From assembly GCA_038087875.1 (NCBI GenBank), contig JAXLNO010000709.1:496001-560000 (forward strand): 64,000 nucleotides of DNA. Direction: 5' to 3'. Position 1 is the stretch's first letter. Each line of letters begins with the position of its first letter. The position numbers and the translations under genes were made by a program. Source of the stretch: Malacoraja senta. Its lineage: Eukaryota. The notes beneath the pieces are model-generated. The model had not been told where the DNA came from. It did no database searches and was given only the letters and a program-made list of their open reading frames with translations. This document shows positions 36,880-49,570 of the stretch, in pieces.

Positions 36880-38297
36880 TAGAATGTAATTCACAGAGCC
36901 TTTGTGATGGTTGCTCCAAGCTTCAAAGCATCCCCCTGAATATAGTCCTGCAGCTTGGAATGTGCAACGCAACAGATTGCAGACACTCCAAGAGTCAAGA
37001 GTGTTTTATTGTCATATGTTCCGGATGGGACAATGAAATTCTTACTTGCTGCAGCACAACAGAATATGTGAATATGTAAACAAAGTACATAACGGGGGAA
37101 GTGAAAAAAAAGAAAAAGTTCAATAAATAACAAATATAGTGCAATAATAATCTAGTCTTTTGCAGTTCAGAGCTCAGAGCTTATTCGTTAGTTGTGTTTA
37201 AAAGCCTGATGGCTGTAGGGAGGAAGCTGTTCCTGAACCTGGATGTTACAGTTTTCAGGTTCCTGTACCTTCTTCCTGATGGCAGTGGTGAGATGAGTGT
37301 GTGGCCAGGATGGTGTGGGTCTTTGATGATTTTGGCTGCCTTTTTGAAGTAGCGACTGCGATAGATCCCTTCGACGGTGGGGAGGTCAAAGCCGGTGATG
37401 GACTGGGCAGTGGTCACAACTTTTTGTAGTCTTTTTCGCTCCTGGACGTTCAAGTTGCCAAACCATGCTATGGTGCAACCAGTCAGAATGCTCTCTACCG
37501 TGCACCTGCAGAAGTTTAGGAGAATCCTCTTCGACATGCCGAATGTCCGTAATCTTCTCAGGAAGTAGAGTCGCTGATGTGCCTTCCTTATAATTGCATC
37601 GGTGTGCTGGGTCCAGGAAAGATCTTCGGAAATATGCACGCCCAGGACTTCCTTGCCCTGGCAAACCCAACAGGTTTTATGCCAAGTTGATGATTGTCAG
37701 AAGCATTCAATGTTTTATCAGCATTCATTCCATGGAAATAGCCTGTGGTGCAAAGTCCTGTGTCACATGCCCGCTCAGGACATACGTTGACGAAAACTAT
37801 TGCAAACCTTTCCAGACACTCTTGGGGGGGAAAAAACAGAACATAAGGAATTAGATAGCTGTCATCATCCACAAAGTAGTGATCTCAACGACAATATGCA
37901 GTCAGATTAAGACTCTGGGTTGGGTTTGAGTTGAATTTATTGTCACGTGTACCGAGGTACAGTGAAAAGCATTTGTTGCATGCTAACCAGTCAGCAGAAA
38001 GATAATACCTGATTACAATCGATCCATCCACAGTGTACAGATACATGATAAAGGAAACAACATGAATAAAGTTTAGTACAAGATAAAGTCCAGTAAAGTC
38101 CAATCAAAGATCATTCGAGGGTCTCCAATGTGCTAGATAGTAGCTCAGGACTACTCTCTAGTTGTTGGTAGGATGGTTTTGTTGCCTGATAGAATATAAA
38201 GGATATATACACCTGGTTGTATACAAAGAATCTGATAAGGAGGGCCCTTGTTGGTGCTTGTTTGATATTTTTGGTAATGAGCATTCTGCCAGACATC
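36880..38297 (-). mobile_element. L1-Tx1-like LINE C-terminal remnant, broken by two Rex1 insertions
   Basis: Collinear fragments at 38240-38297, 37650-37830 and 36880-36985 (AHSKLQDYIQGDALKLGA) resemble the Tx1-like ORF2 C-terminus. Confidence 0.5.
36987..37647 (-). mobile_element. Rex1/Babar-clade LINE, 5'-truncated
   Basis: ORF 37181-37639: HISEDLSWTQH...KAHQRLYFLRRL...LPSGRRYR...FRNSFLPTAIRLLN. Confidence 0.88.
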
Positions 38298-38959
38298 TTT
38301 TTCACACAAAGGGTGGAGGGTGTGTGGAACGAATGCTGGAGGAGGTAGTTGCGGCAGGGCCTATCACACCATTTAAGAAGCAATTGGGCAGGTACAGGAA
38401 TAGGACAGGTTTAGAGGGATATGGGCCAAATGCAGGCGTGGGACTAGTGTAGATGGGATATGTTGGTTGGTGTGGGCAAGTTTGGCTTAAGGGCCTGTTT
38501 CCACACTGTATCACTTTATGTCTCTGACTCTAGAACTTAGTCTGCTCAATTAACCATCCCAATGGATCCACTCTTCCTTTCCCCTGAAGGGCCTCTGGGA
38601 CATGTAGTGCAGATCACTCGTCTGGTCAACTTCGAATCATAGCGTCATACAGCACGGACAGAGGCCCTACTGCCTTACTCATCCATGCTGATCAAGATGT
38701 CCTCTTAAGCAACACAGTTTTACCTGTGTTTGACCCATTTTCCAGCAAACCTTCCCTATCCAAGTTTCTACGTAAATGTCTTTTAAATGTTGTTGTTGTT
38801 GTACTTACCTCAATCACTTTCTCTGGGAAATCATTCCATATACGTGTATGAAAATGTTGCTTCTGTGTGAAAAAGTTGCCCCTTGGGTTCCTGTTACACC
38901 TATCTGCTCCCTTTACCTTTCCCTTTCCTGGTGGTCACCCAGTTACTTTATGGCTGCCC

Positions 38960-39300
38960 CTTCGGTGACCATCTTGCTTAAACTCCCATGTATGATCCTC
39001 TCAGCATCTTGAGTGATCCCGAATGTGCCCAGATCCAGTTCCTTCAGGCGGTCAGTCAGGAGCTGCAGCTGGACATGCTTTCCACAGGCGTCTTCACCAG
39101 TGACACAGAAAGATTCCATAGTGGTTAGCATGCTACAAAATCTTTTCACTTTACCTTGGTACACGTGGCCAGAAACTAAACTGAACTGAATTGATCTCCC
39201 ACTGGGGGAGCATATCGCTGTCCTATTTGTCATCCCAACTGCACAAGTTTGAATAGGAAAGTTAAAAACACCTTACCTTACCTTCACCCAGGATTCAGTG
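38960..39300 (-). mobile_element. CR1 ORF1 N-terminal remnant
   Basis: CGKHVQLQLLTDRLKEL resembles CDKCIQVQLLKDRVGEL in ORF1 of the long CR1 copy. Confidence 0.5.
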
Positions 39301-39669
39301 TCCTTTCCAAAGGCTCTTGAGCCTAAGTTTCTATACTTAATCTCAATCACAGCTGCTCCTAAAAGTGGCCACTCCAAAATTGGCAGCTCTGCTAGTACCC
39401 GACTCCCTTGTGTACACCATAAAGGACTTTCCCTCCTGGAAACTAACAGCTGGTATTCAAATCTCCTGCGCTCCGTCTCTACACTCCGTGGTCTCCGTTG
39501 AAATTAGACAAAGTTTGACTTATAGACAAAGGCATTTTCTGCAGAAAGTTCCCTACGAGACACAGATGGTGCAGCACAGGCTGCCTGAACAGAATGTTTT
39601 ACAGAACTGAGACCATGCCCATCGCTGTCACTGATTCCTTGACTTTAATGGTCAGTGAATCGGGTTGAA

Positions 39670-40162
39670 TCAAGCCCTTTATAGTTTCCCCCTCATTCCC
39701 GTGCCCCACCTGAATTCTCTCCTGTTTCTCACCTCCTCCCTCCACCTATATTCCTTACTCTAGTTCACAATTTGCACATCTTCTATCCCTACCTCGCACT
39801 TCTTCTCACTTCCTCCCTGGCCATTGTCCAACCATCTGCCTATCGCACCCCCCCTCACCTGTATCCATCTATAACTTAACAGATTTTGTCCAGCCCCCAC
39901 TTCTCTTCCAGCTTTCTCCACCCCTCACCTCCCACCACAATCAGCCTGAAGAAGGGTCCTGACCCGAAACATAAGCTATCCACATTCTGAAGAAGGATTT
40001 CAGCCCGAAACGTTGCCTATTTCCTTCGCTCCATAAATGCTGCCTCACCCGCTGAGTTTCTCCAGCATTTTTGTCTACCTTCGATTTTCCAGCATCTGCA
40101 GTTCCTTCTTGAACAGCTATCCACATTCTCCAGAGATGTTGCCTGACCTGCTGAGTTACTCC
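39670..40162 (+). mobile_element. Penelope-like pLTR with a second pLTR nested at its hammerhead (39989-40114)
   Basis: Direct repeat agctatccacattct at 39974-88 and 40115-29; two CUGAAGA cores at 39946 and 39987. Confidence 0.75.
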
Positions 40163-41120
40163 TTTTTTACATTCTTGTATACTGGCTCTTTTTTTAATCT
40201 CTTTCAGTCAGAACATAGAAACATAGAAACATAGAAAATAGGTGCAGGAGTAGGCCATTCGGCCAATCGAGCCTGCACCGCCATTCAATCTGATCATGGC
40301 TGATCATCCAACTCGGTATCCTGTACCTGCCTTCTCTCCATACCCCCTGATCCCTTTAGCCACAAGGGCCACATCTAACTCCCTCTTAAATATAGCCAAT
40401 GAACTGGCCTCAACCACCTTCTGTGGCAGAGAATTCCAGAGATTCACCACTCTCTGTGTGAAAAATGTTTTCCTCATCTCGGTCCTAAAAGATTTCCCCC
40501 TTATCCTTAAACTGTGACCCCTTGTTCAGGACTTCCCCAACATCGGGAACAATCTTCCTGCATCTAGCCTGTCCAACCCCTTAAGAATTTTGTACGTTTC
40601 TATAAGATCCCCCCTCAATCTTCTAAATTCTAGCGAGTACAAACTGCCTCTATCCAGTCTTTCTTCATATGAAAGCCCTGACATCCTAGGAATCAGTCTG
40701 GTGAACCTTCTCTGTACTCCCTCTATGGCAAGAATGTCTTTCCTCAGATTAGGAGACCAAAACTGTACGCAATACTCCAGGTATGGTCTCACAAAGACCC
40801 TGTACAACTGCAGTAGAACCTCCCTGCTCCTATACTCAAATCCTTTTGCTATGAATGCTAACATACCATTCGCCTTCTTCACTGCCTGCTGCACCTGCAT
40901 GCCTACTTTTAATGACTGGTGTACCATGACACCCAGGTCTCGTTGCATCTCCCCTTTTCCTAATCGGCCACCATTCAGACAATAGTCTACTTTCCTGTTT
41001 TTGCCACCAAAGTGGATAACCTCACATTTATCCACATTATACTGCATCTGCATGCATTTGCCCACTCACCCAGCCTAACCAAGTCACCTTGCAGCCTCCG
41101 AGCATCCTCCTCACAGCTAA

Positions 41121-41553
41121 GGTACACAACCTGATCTCCCGGTGGCTCAGCACTTCAACTCCCCCTCCCATTCCGTATCTGACCTCTCTGTCCTGGGTCT
41201 CCTCCATGGCCACAGCGAGCAACACCGTAAATTGGAGGAAATGCACCTCATATTCCGCTTGGGCAGTCTACATCCTGGTGGCCTGAACGTTGAATTCTCC
41301 CAATTCTGCTAACCCTGGCTGTCCCCTCCCCTTCATCAGCCATCTGGTTGTCTCCTCCCCTCCCCCAGCCCTCGGGCTCCTCCTCCTTTTCCTTTTTCCT
41401 TTCTTCTCCCCACCCCCTATCAGTCTGAAGAAGGGTTTCGGCCCGAAACGTTACCTATTTCCTTCGCTCCATAGATGCTGCTGCACCCGCTGAGTTTCTC
41501 CAGCATTTTTGTGCACCTTCGATTTTCCAGCATCTGCAGTTCCTTCTTTAACA
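41121..41553 (+). mobile_element. Penelope-like 3' fragment inserted in the CR1 RT
   Basis: GIY-YIG C-terminal part (QPDLPVAQHFNSPSH...KLEE.HLIFRLG) plus pLTR; exact 14-bp TSD ctcctcacagctaa (41107-20, 41554-67). Confidence 0.9.
41422..41456 (+). ncRNA. Minimal hammerhead ribozyme motif
   Basis: CUGAAGA-A-[GGGU UUCG GCCC]-GAAAC-GUU; stem II capped by a UUCG loop. Confidence 0.75.
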
Positions 41554-43790
41554 CTCCTCACAGCTAACACTGCCCCCCAGCTTCGTGTCATCCGCAAACT
41601 TGGAGATGTTGCATTCAATTCCCTCGTCCAAATCATTAATATATATCGTAAATAGCTGGGGTCCCAGCACTGAGACTTGCGGTACCCCACTAGTCACTGC
41701 CTGCCATTGTGAAAAGGACCCGTTTACTCCTACTCTTTGCTTCCTGTCTGCCAGCCAGTTCTCTATCCACATCAATACTGAACCCCCAATACCGTGTGCT
41801 TCAAGTTTGTATACTAATCTCTTATGTGGGGCTTTGTCGAAAGCCTTCTGAAAGTCCAGATATAACACATCCACTGGTTCTCCCTTTTCCACTCTACTAG
41901 TTACATCCTCGAAAAATTCTATAAGATTCGTCAGACATGATTTACCTTTCATAAATCCATGCTGACTTTGTCCAATGATTTCACCACTTTCCAAATGTGC
42001 TGCTATCCCATCTTTAATAACTGATTCTAGCAGTTTCCCCACTGCCGACGTTAGACTAACTGGTCTGTAATTCCCTGTTTTCTCTCTCCCTCCCTTTTTA
42101 AAAAGTGGGGTTACATTAGCTACCCTCCAATCCTCAGGAACTACTCCAGAATCTAAAGAGTTTTGAAAAATTATCACTAATGCATCCACTATTTCTGGGG
42201 CTACTTCCTTAAGTACTCTGGGATGCAGCCTATCCGGCCCTGGGGATTTATCGGCCTTTAATCCATTCAATTTACCTAACACCACTTCCCGGCTAACCTG
42301 AATTTCACTCAGTTCCTCCATCTCATTTGACCCCCGGTCCCCTGCTATTTCCAGCAGATTATTTATGTCTTCCTTAGTGAAGACAGAACCAAAGTAGTTA
42401 TTCAATTGGTCTGCCATGTCATTGTTCCCCATGATCAATTCACCTGTTTCTGACTGCAAGGGACCTACATTTGTTTTAACTAATCTTTTTCTCTTCACAT
42501 ATCTATAAAAGCTTTTGCAGTCAGTTTTTATGTTCCCTGCCAGTTTTCTTTCATAATCTATTTTCCCTTTCCTAATTAAGCCCTTTGTCCTCCTCTGCTG
42601 GACTCTGAATTTCTCCCAGTCCTCTGGTAGGCTGCTTTTTCTGGCTAATTTGTACGCTTCATCTTTTGTTTTTATCCTATCCCTGATTTCTCTTGTTATC
42701 CATGGATGCACAACCTTCCCTGATTTATTTTTTTGCCAAACTGGGATGAACAATTGTTGTAGTTCATCCATGCAGTCTTTAAATGCCTTCCATTGCATAT
42801 CTACCGTCAACCCATTAAGAATCAATTGCCAGTCTATCTTGGCCAATTCACTTCTCATACCCTCAAAGTTACCTTTCTTTAAGTTCAGGACCCTTGTTTC
42901 TGAATTAACAATGTCACTCTCCATCCTAATGAAGAACTCAACCATATTATGGTCACTCTTGCCCAAGGGGCCACGCAGAACAAGACTGCTAACTAACCCT
43001 TCCTCATTACTCAATACCCAATCTAGAATAGCCTGCTCTCTTGTTGGTTCCTCTACATGTTGGTTTAGAAAACTATCCCGCATACATTCCAAGAAATCCT
43101 CTTCCTCAGCACCCTTGCCAATTTGATTCACCCAATCTATATGTAGATTGAAGTCACCCATTATAACTATTTTACCTTTTTTGCACGCATTTATAATTTC
43201 CTGTTTGATGCCATCCCCAACTCCACTACTACTGTTAGGTGGCCTGTACACAACTCCCACTAGCGTTTTCTGCCCCTTAGTGTTTCGCAGCTCTACCCAT
43301 ATCGATTCCACATCCTCCAAGCTAATGTCCTTCGTTTCTATTGCATTAATCTGCTCTCTAACCAGCAACGCTACCCCACCTCCTTTCCCTTTCTGTCTAT
43401 CCGTCCTGAATATTGAATATCCGTGGATGTTCAGCTCCCAGCCTTGGTTACCCTGGAGCCATGTCTCCGTGATCCCAACTATATCATAGTCATTAATAGC
43501 TATCTGCACATTCAACTCATCCACCTTATTACGAATGCTCCTTGCATTGAGACACAAAGCCTTCAGGCTTGTTTTTACAACACTCTTACCCCTTATACAA
43601 TTATGTTGAAAAGTGGCCCTTTTTGATTTTTGCCCTGGATTTGTCTGCCTGCCACTTTTACTTTTCACCTTGATACCTATTGCTTCTACCCTCATTTTAC
43701 TCCCCTCTGTCTCAATGCTCACACATTTAAGAAACCCTTTCCCTTTAACTCCATCCTCAACTATCCCATTCGATACCCCACCCCCCTTAT

Positions 43791-44694
43791 TCAGTTTAAA
43801 ACCACCCGTGTAGCAGTGGCAAACCTGCCTGCCAGAATGCTGGTCCCCCACCTGTTAAGATGCAATCCGTCCCTTTTGTACAGTTCCCTTTTACTCCAAA
43901 ACAGATCCCAGTGATCTAAGAATCTAAATCCCTGCCCCGTGCACCAGTTCCTCAGCCACACATTCAGGTCCCGTATCTCCCTGTTCCTGCTCTCGCCAGC
44001 ACGAGGAACTGGAAGTAAACCGGCGATAACAACCGTGGAGGTCCTGCTTTTCAGCATTTTTCCGAGCTCGCTAAAGTCACGCTGCAGAATATTCATCCCC
44101 TTCTTTCCGACATCGTTTGTGCCGACATGCACTACCACTTCCGGCTGTTCACCTTCACCCTTGAGGATTTTCTGCACTCTGTCCGTGACATCCTGGATCC
44201 TGGCACACCATCCTCGAATCCCGTCTGTTGCCGCAGAAACCCCTGTCCGTACCTCTCACAATGGAGTCTCCCACTACAATGGCGTTGCCTGACTTTGGCC
44301 TTTTTGGTTTTGGCTCAACAGCCCTATTCGCATCGCAAGCCAGTCTGCCGCTCAGTGTTAAAACATCTTCTGTCCCGACAGCTTCTAAATGGGTGAACCT
44401 GTTCACAAGAGGTTCAACACCCGGGGACGTTTGCATTCCATGCTTCCCTCCCTTTCTCACTGTCTCCCACCTTCTCTCTTCCAGTACCTTAGGTGTAACA
44501 ATATTACTGTAGGACTTGTCGAGGAACGACCCAGTTTCTCGGACAAACCTGAGGTCATCCACTTGCTTCTCCAGTTCCCCAACACGGTCCTTCAGAAGCT
44601 GCACCTGGATGCACTTGTCACATTTGTAGCAGCCAGAGGCACCAGCAGTGTCCTTGACCTCCCACATACTCCTCGCCGAAGACTCTCGAGCCAA
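43791..44694 (-). pseudogene. CR1 ORF1: Cys-rich/coiled-coil N-terminus + SGNH (GDSL-like) esterase, frameshifted
   Basis: CYKCDKC..LLKDRVGELEKQVDDL; VVGDSIVRG, VHVGTND and DGLHLN blocks split over two frames near 44190. Confidence 0.88.
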
Positions 44695-46373
44695 AGACTC
44701 ACACTTTTCTCACAGGGCACTTCCCTCACAAGGCCGGTCCCTCACTGCCGCTCCCTAAGAGCAGTCTTGCTTATATTGACTGATAAATTGCCTAATTTAC
44801 CAATTTAAAATCCAAATTCCTCAGTTTTCAACTGTTTTCCCCGATTTGACTCACTTCTCTCCTCCCTCTTGGGCTAGAGCCAATCAATGTTTTCTCTTGC
44901 TAATCTTCTCCTGCTGTTGCTTCCAAATCTACAGCAGCTCTGAGTAAAGTCTTCCTGTGCTTTGCCTCTCCTTTTCAACTGTTTTCCCCCCTCTGACTCA
45001 CTTCTCTCCTCCCTCTTGGGCTAGAGCCAGGCTAGAACAACTGTTTCCTATGTGAAATTATCTCCTTGCATTTTAAATTCTTGTTCATATCTAGTCCATG
45101 TCCATTCCCAATCCCAGTGTGTGTGATGCTCATCGTTCCTATGATCAGAGAATTCAAGGCTCAAAGACTCCTTGGAGAAATACAATACCCGCACTAACCT
45201 CTGGGTTCCTCTGCATCATGACCAGGGCCAAGTAATGGGACCACACAGAAGCCCCACATAAGCAGTGCACTACCTCTTAACCTAGCCACACACCCTCCCT
45301 CATTTGCAACCTCATCTCAGCTGTGCAGGAGTCTATGACTCCCACATTGACCATGAGCCAGAAGATAGACACAACATGCTGGAGTAACTTAGTGGGTCAG
45401 GCAGCAACCCTAGAGAAAAGGAGTAGATGACGTTTCGGGTTGGAACCCTTCTTCAAACCAGCTGGCCATTAGCCAGCTCGGAATCCACAAAACCGTAATG
45501 GAAATAAAACATCCTTAATCCCGAATGACTACTTTGGAAGAAGATCTGCATTTATTTTTCATCATCTGTTGTAATGAAGGCACACCATTATTTTTAATTG
45601 ACCTCACCTATCCCTGGAATTTCCTGAGCATTCATCTAGGTCCAGCCTTTTGTGGAGCATGCCTCTCTAATTGCCTTTTTAAAATTTCTCTGTATCTCTT
45701 CTTCCTTGGATCATAACTCAATTTCTTTACACCTTTCTGTGATGTACTTCTTGCAATTGATCAGGCCCCCAAACCTGTGCATTTATCTGTCGTTGAAATC
45801 CAGAACTCATTACTCTCTCATTATTCAATGTGGGCCCACTTACTTTGTAGACATGACATTTCCATCGTCCCAGCAACATAGGGACTATTGTTGTACTCTG
45901 AGCTCTCTCTTGATCTTTATCTCTCTAGCCTTCATTCCAATTCCTGATCAAATATTTGTTCAACTCTTTTTTTTTTGCAAACGTTAATCATAGGAACTTC
46001 AACTGCTTTTGTTGAAATTTGCTTCAACTGTGCAAGGACGTCCTATTCAAAATAAAGATCAAAAGTGCTCAAAGGAAAATGTGCTCCATTCTTTTAAATA
46101 ATCCCTTTAAACAAAGAAAGAGATGGACAACTGAAATCTGTGGAATATCTGGTAACTGGATTAACTGGTTAATCAAATCCTGGTCTTGCACTCATTTCAG
46201 CTTGTAAATACTTATTTTGTTTTGTATTGAATATTTTTTTATACTAAACTCTAAATTAGTGCACAAGTAAATATCAACATGTGTATAATTCTGTATTTGT
46301 ATGGATAAAGTCAAGAATCAAGTCAATAGAGTTTAATTGTTATATTTTACCGACAATGGAGCAATGAAATTAG

Positions 46374-46506
46374 TGTAGGGAGGAACTCCAGATGCCGGTT
46401 TACACAGAAGATAGACACAAAATGCTGGAGCAACTCAACGGGACAGGCAGTATCTCTGGAGAGAAGGAATGGGTAACGTTTTCGGGTCGAGACCCTTCTT
46501 CAGACT
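46374..46506 (-). mobile_element. Solo Penelope-like pLTR
   Basis: gtgtagggaggaact...gggtcgagacccttcttcagac; similar solo or partial copies at about 45362-45457, 48405-48495, 51098-51282, 51950-52010, 59605-59727, 61940-62058, 63395-63542. Confidence 0.75.
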
Positions 46507-48739
46507 TGCAGCAACATAATGGGTCAGTTGGGTAGGAAGTTGATTAACAGAAAACAGCTAAGAGTGAAATTTTGTGTTTGTGCTTCGAAGTTGTATTAAT
46601 GTTGAAGATACCGACAACGATATTTATTTTCTGCTTTTCCCATTGAATCAGTGAATATGTGTTTCCTCGCATAGAAATATACACCCTGGGACAGAAAATG
46701 TTACTGATTCACATTGGACTCTCAACTTGGCTGTAAGTTCCATGTCTGTGTCATAGACAACAGCTAGCTCCATATGTTCATTCAGCAACAGATGTTTAAA
46801 AAAAAATATTATGACGGCAATTTGCAGATGTAATCCAATCATTAAAACACAAGGCAAATTTTGATTGCAGTTCCAGAGAATTTCTCATGGTTACATTTCT
46901 TAACTCTTAACTCTGTTCTTTATGGTTTTGCCTCCCAGCTAAAGGATAAGACATATTGCATCAGATTTTCAGCTGTAGATCAAAACACTGCTATTTTGTT
47001 TTAATAAACCCCTGTATCTTAAGGTGTTGTGCTGACCTGGTCAAATTTTGCTCAGAACTCATTTACCAAAATGTGTGACAACTTTCATTTTTTTTCTGGT
47101 CGTGTAAGGACAAAGCCGTACGAGAGAAGATTAAGAGAGCCATATGTTGAAAGTAAGAGGCACTAATTACATGGTACAAGTTACATTTACTCAATTGGAA
47201 TGCAGAGGAAAACAAACAAAAATTTGAAAAAAATTAAATAATTTATACACTTCATAACAGAAGTGTATAAATTTATTTCTTGCGAGTAAATTCAGGCAGC
47301 CATTATACACATAGAATAACTGGAGAAAGCATTTCATGGCAGTCTGGTGCCTTTGATAAGATGGAGAGTTTTCAAATATTATCTAAAATAATTGTATTGA
47401 CGTTACGATATCTCCAGTTTCAATCATCGCCACATGGAGATTTCTCTAGTTTACTGTTCTTTTATTAAACCCCCCCCCCCCCCCCCCCCGTCCTGTCAAT
47501 GACTCACATTCATTGATACGACTGCACATGTGATATTACGATCAGTGAGATGCATAAACCTTCACTGATTCTGTGTGACTGCTGTAATGCAAACTTCCTT
47601 CTGAGGTTATATCACTTCTTAAACCAGAGATGCTGAAATATTACAGTGATCGTATTTCCAAACCAACTCCAGGAACACAGCATGACTGGGGGACAGCAGA
47701 GCAGCCAGGATGGAAAATATAAATTGTGTAATGTTGCAAAGGCAACTAGTTGTAGCAGCCTATATTTTAATAATTACACTTGAGTGATGTATGAGCTGGT
47801 GAGATATTATTGCTCCTCCAGTAGCTGCCAGCTGCCATCAGTCTAACAGCGATATATAAATGGGATGAAGTGTTTGCTGCCAACCTCAGTGAGCACCAGG
47901 AATATACTTTGTGTTAGATCAATCAAATGTATTAACCGTAGTTTATAAATGAAGTGAAACCTTGATCATAGGATTTGGCACTCGCTTGGAAATCCCCTCT
48001 TTGTTTCTTGGCAGGATACCTTCCTTCCCTTCTCAGCGGAAAGAGGGCAGAAGGATGGTTAAATTGGAAAGGGGTTGTTTCACCTACTCCTTTCCAATGT
48101 CAATCTGGCTGAATCGAATTATCAACAACTAATCAAAGGCAGATGTCACAAGCCAGCTTGCCCAAGCTACCCTCCCTCTTCTCCTTTCCCTTCATCCTTC
48201 AATTTTATGTTCGGTCCGTTCTCATGGATCTGCAGTGGTGGCCTTTGAAACAAACAGTGCCTTCACTGCCACAATTTTCTGAAGGACGTCCTTAATAAAA
48301 ACTAATTCCTTTTGAGGTATTTCAGAGACCACAGCCTGCTTTAAGCGGGCAGAAGAACTAATACTCCCAGCTGACGGTGTCCACTGTACAAGTACTGGGT
48401 GCAGTGGGTCTGAAGAAGGGTCCCGACCCGAAACATCACCCATCCATGTTCTTCAGAGATGCTGCCTGACCCGCTGAGTTACTCCAGTGCTTTTCTGGGC
48501 ACAGCAATTCTGATTGCTTTTATCTCTATTTTACACATAGACGATGATAGCAGGGAGAACTGTATTTTGTTCTGGATTGCTCATGGATCAATACTAACTT
48601 GCAAGAAATTGCCATTCTTTCACTTGTACCTTTGTATGTACAAGAGGATATTCAGCAGGATCTGTACCAGTTTTAGGAGATATGTTTGTAGTATCAATAA
48701 TGATGCTATCAATGCGTATCAATATTGATGATGCAGAGA

Positions 48740-49570
48740 ACAGGAAGGAGATTGAGAACCTCGTAAACTGGTACTAAGACAACAACCTCTCCCTTAATGT
48801 CAGTACGACAATGGAGATTGTGATTGGCCTTAGGAGCAAAGTAGTACAACTTCTTTTCAATATAAGGTATATATTGATGGTCGAAAGCTTCAAATTTTTA
48901 AGGGATAACTAGCACCAGCAATTTGTCCTGGATCAGCCACATCGAAGCAATGGCCAAGAAAGCACAACTATGCGTCTATTTCCTTAGAAGGGTTAAGAAA
49001 TATGGCATGTCCCCGACAGCCCTCGCTAACTTCTACAGATCCATCATAGAAAGCATTTTATCGGGAAGCATCACAGCATGGTTTAGGAACAGCTCCATCC
49101 CAGACCGCAAGAAATTGCAGAGAGTTGTGGACGCAGCCCAGACCTTCACACAAACCAACCTCCCGGCCATGGACTCCACACTGTGCTTCACTCTGTCTCT
49201 GCTAGGCCAGCAGCATAATCAAGGACTCATGGTCTCACTCCAGTCACTCCCACTTCTCCCCTCTCTCTTCAGGTGAGAGGTACAGAAGTTTGACAGCACA
49301 AACCTCCAGACTCAGACACATTTTCATCCCAGCTGTTATCTGGCAACTGAACCATCCTCTCGCCAGCTGGAGTGCAGTCTAACCTCCCATCTACATCATT
49401 GGAGATCTTTAAAATATCTTTAACAGACTTCAACTTGCATTAAATATTATACCCTTCATTCTGTATCAGTACACGGTGGATGGCTTCATTGTAGTCTTTT
49501 TGTTGAATGGTAGCACACAATAAAAAGCTTTTCACTGTACATCGGTACACGTGACGGTAATAAACGAAAC
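48740..49570 (+). mobile_element. Rex1/Babar-clade LINE, 5'-truncated, diverged
   Basis: KKAQ..YFLRRVKKYGMSP.AL.NFYRSIIESILSG.ITAWF; 3' UTR aaagcttttcactgtac...gtgac..taataaac. Confidence 0.82.

Larger units (their letters stand above)
40420..43851 (-). pseudogene. CR1 ORF2: apurinic-like endonuclease + reverse transcriptase (interrupted)
   Basis: NARSI, GITETW, YRPP, GDFN, SDH (APE); KSPGPD, YRPVSL, QHGF, DFQKAFD, [10 protein letters not shown], FADD (RT); broken by the insertion at 41121-41553 and a frameshift near 41060. Confidence 0.92.
40211..45029 (-). mobile_element. Near full-length CR1-clade LINE (about 4.4 kb plus a nested insertion), inactivated
   Basis: 5' UTR with duplicated segment, ORF1, ORF2, 3' UTR and (tttctatg)n tail at 40211-40238. 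Confidence 0.92.

Noticed and set aside
46675..46732. Possible micro-exon (catag|...|gtaagt)
   Set aside because: 58 nt, not frame-preserving, and no versican-like sequence
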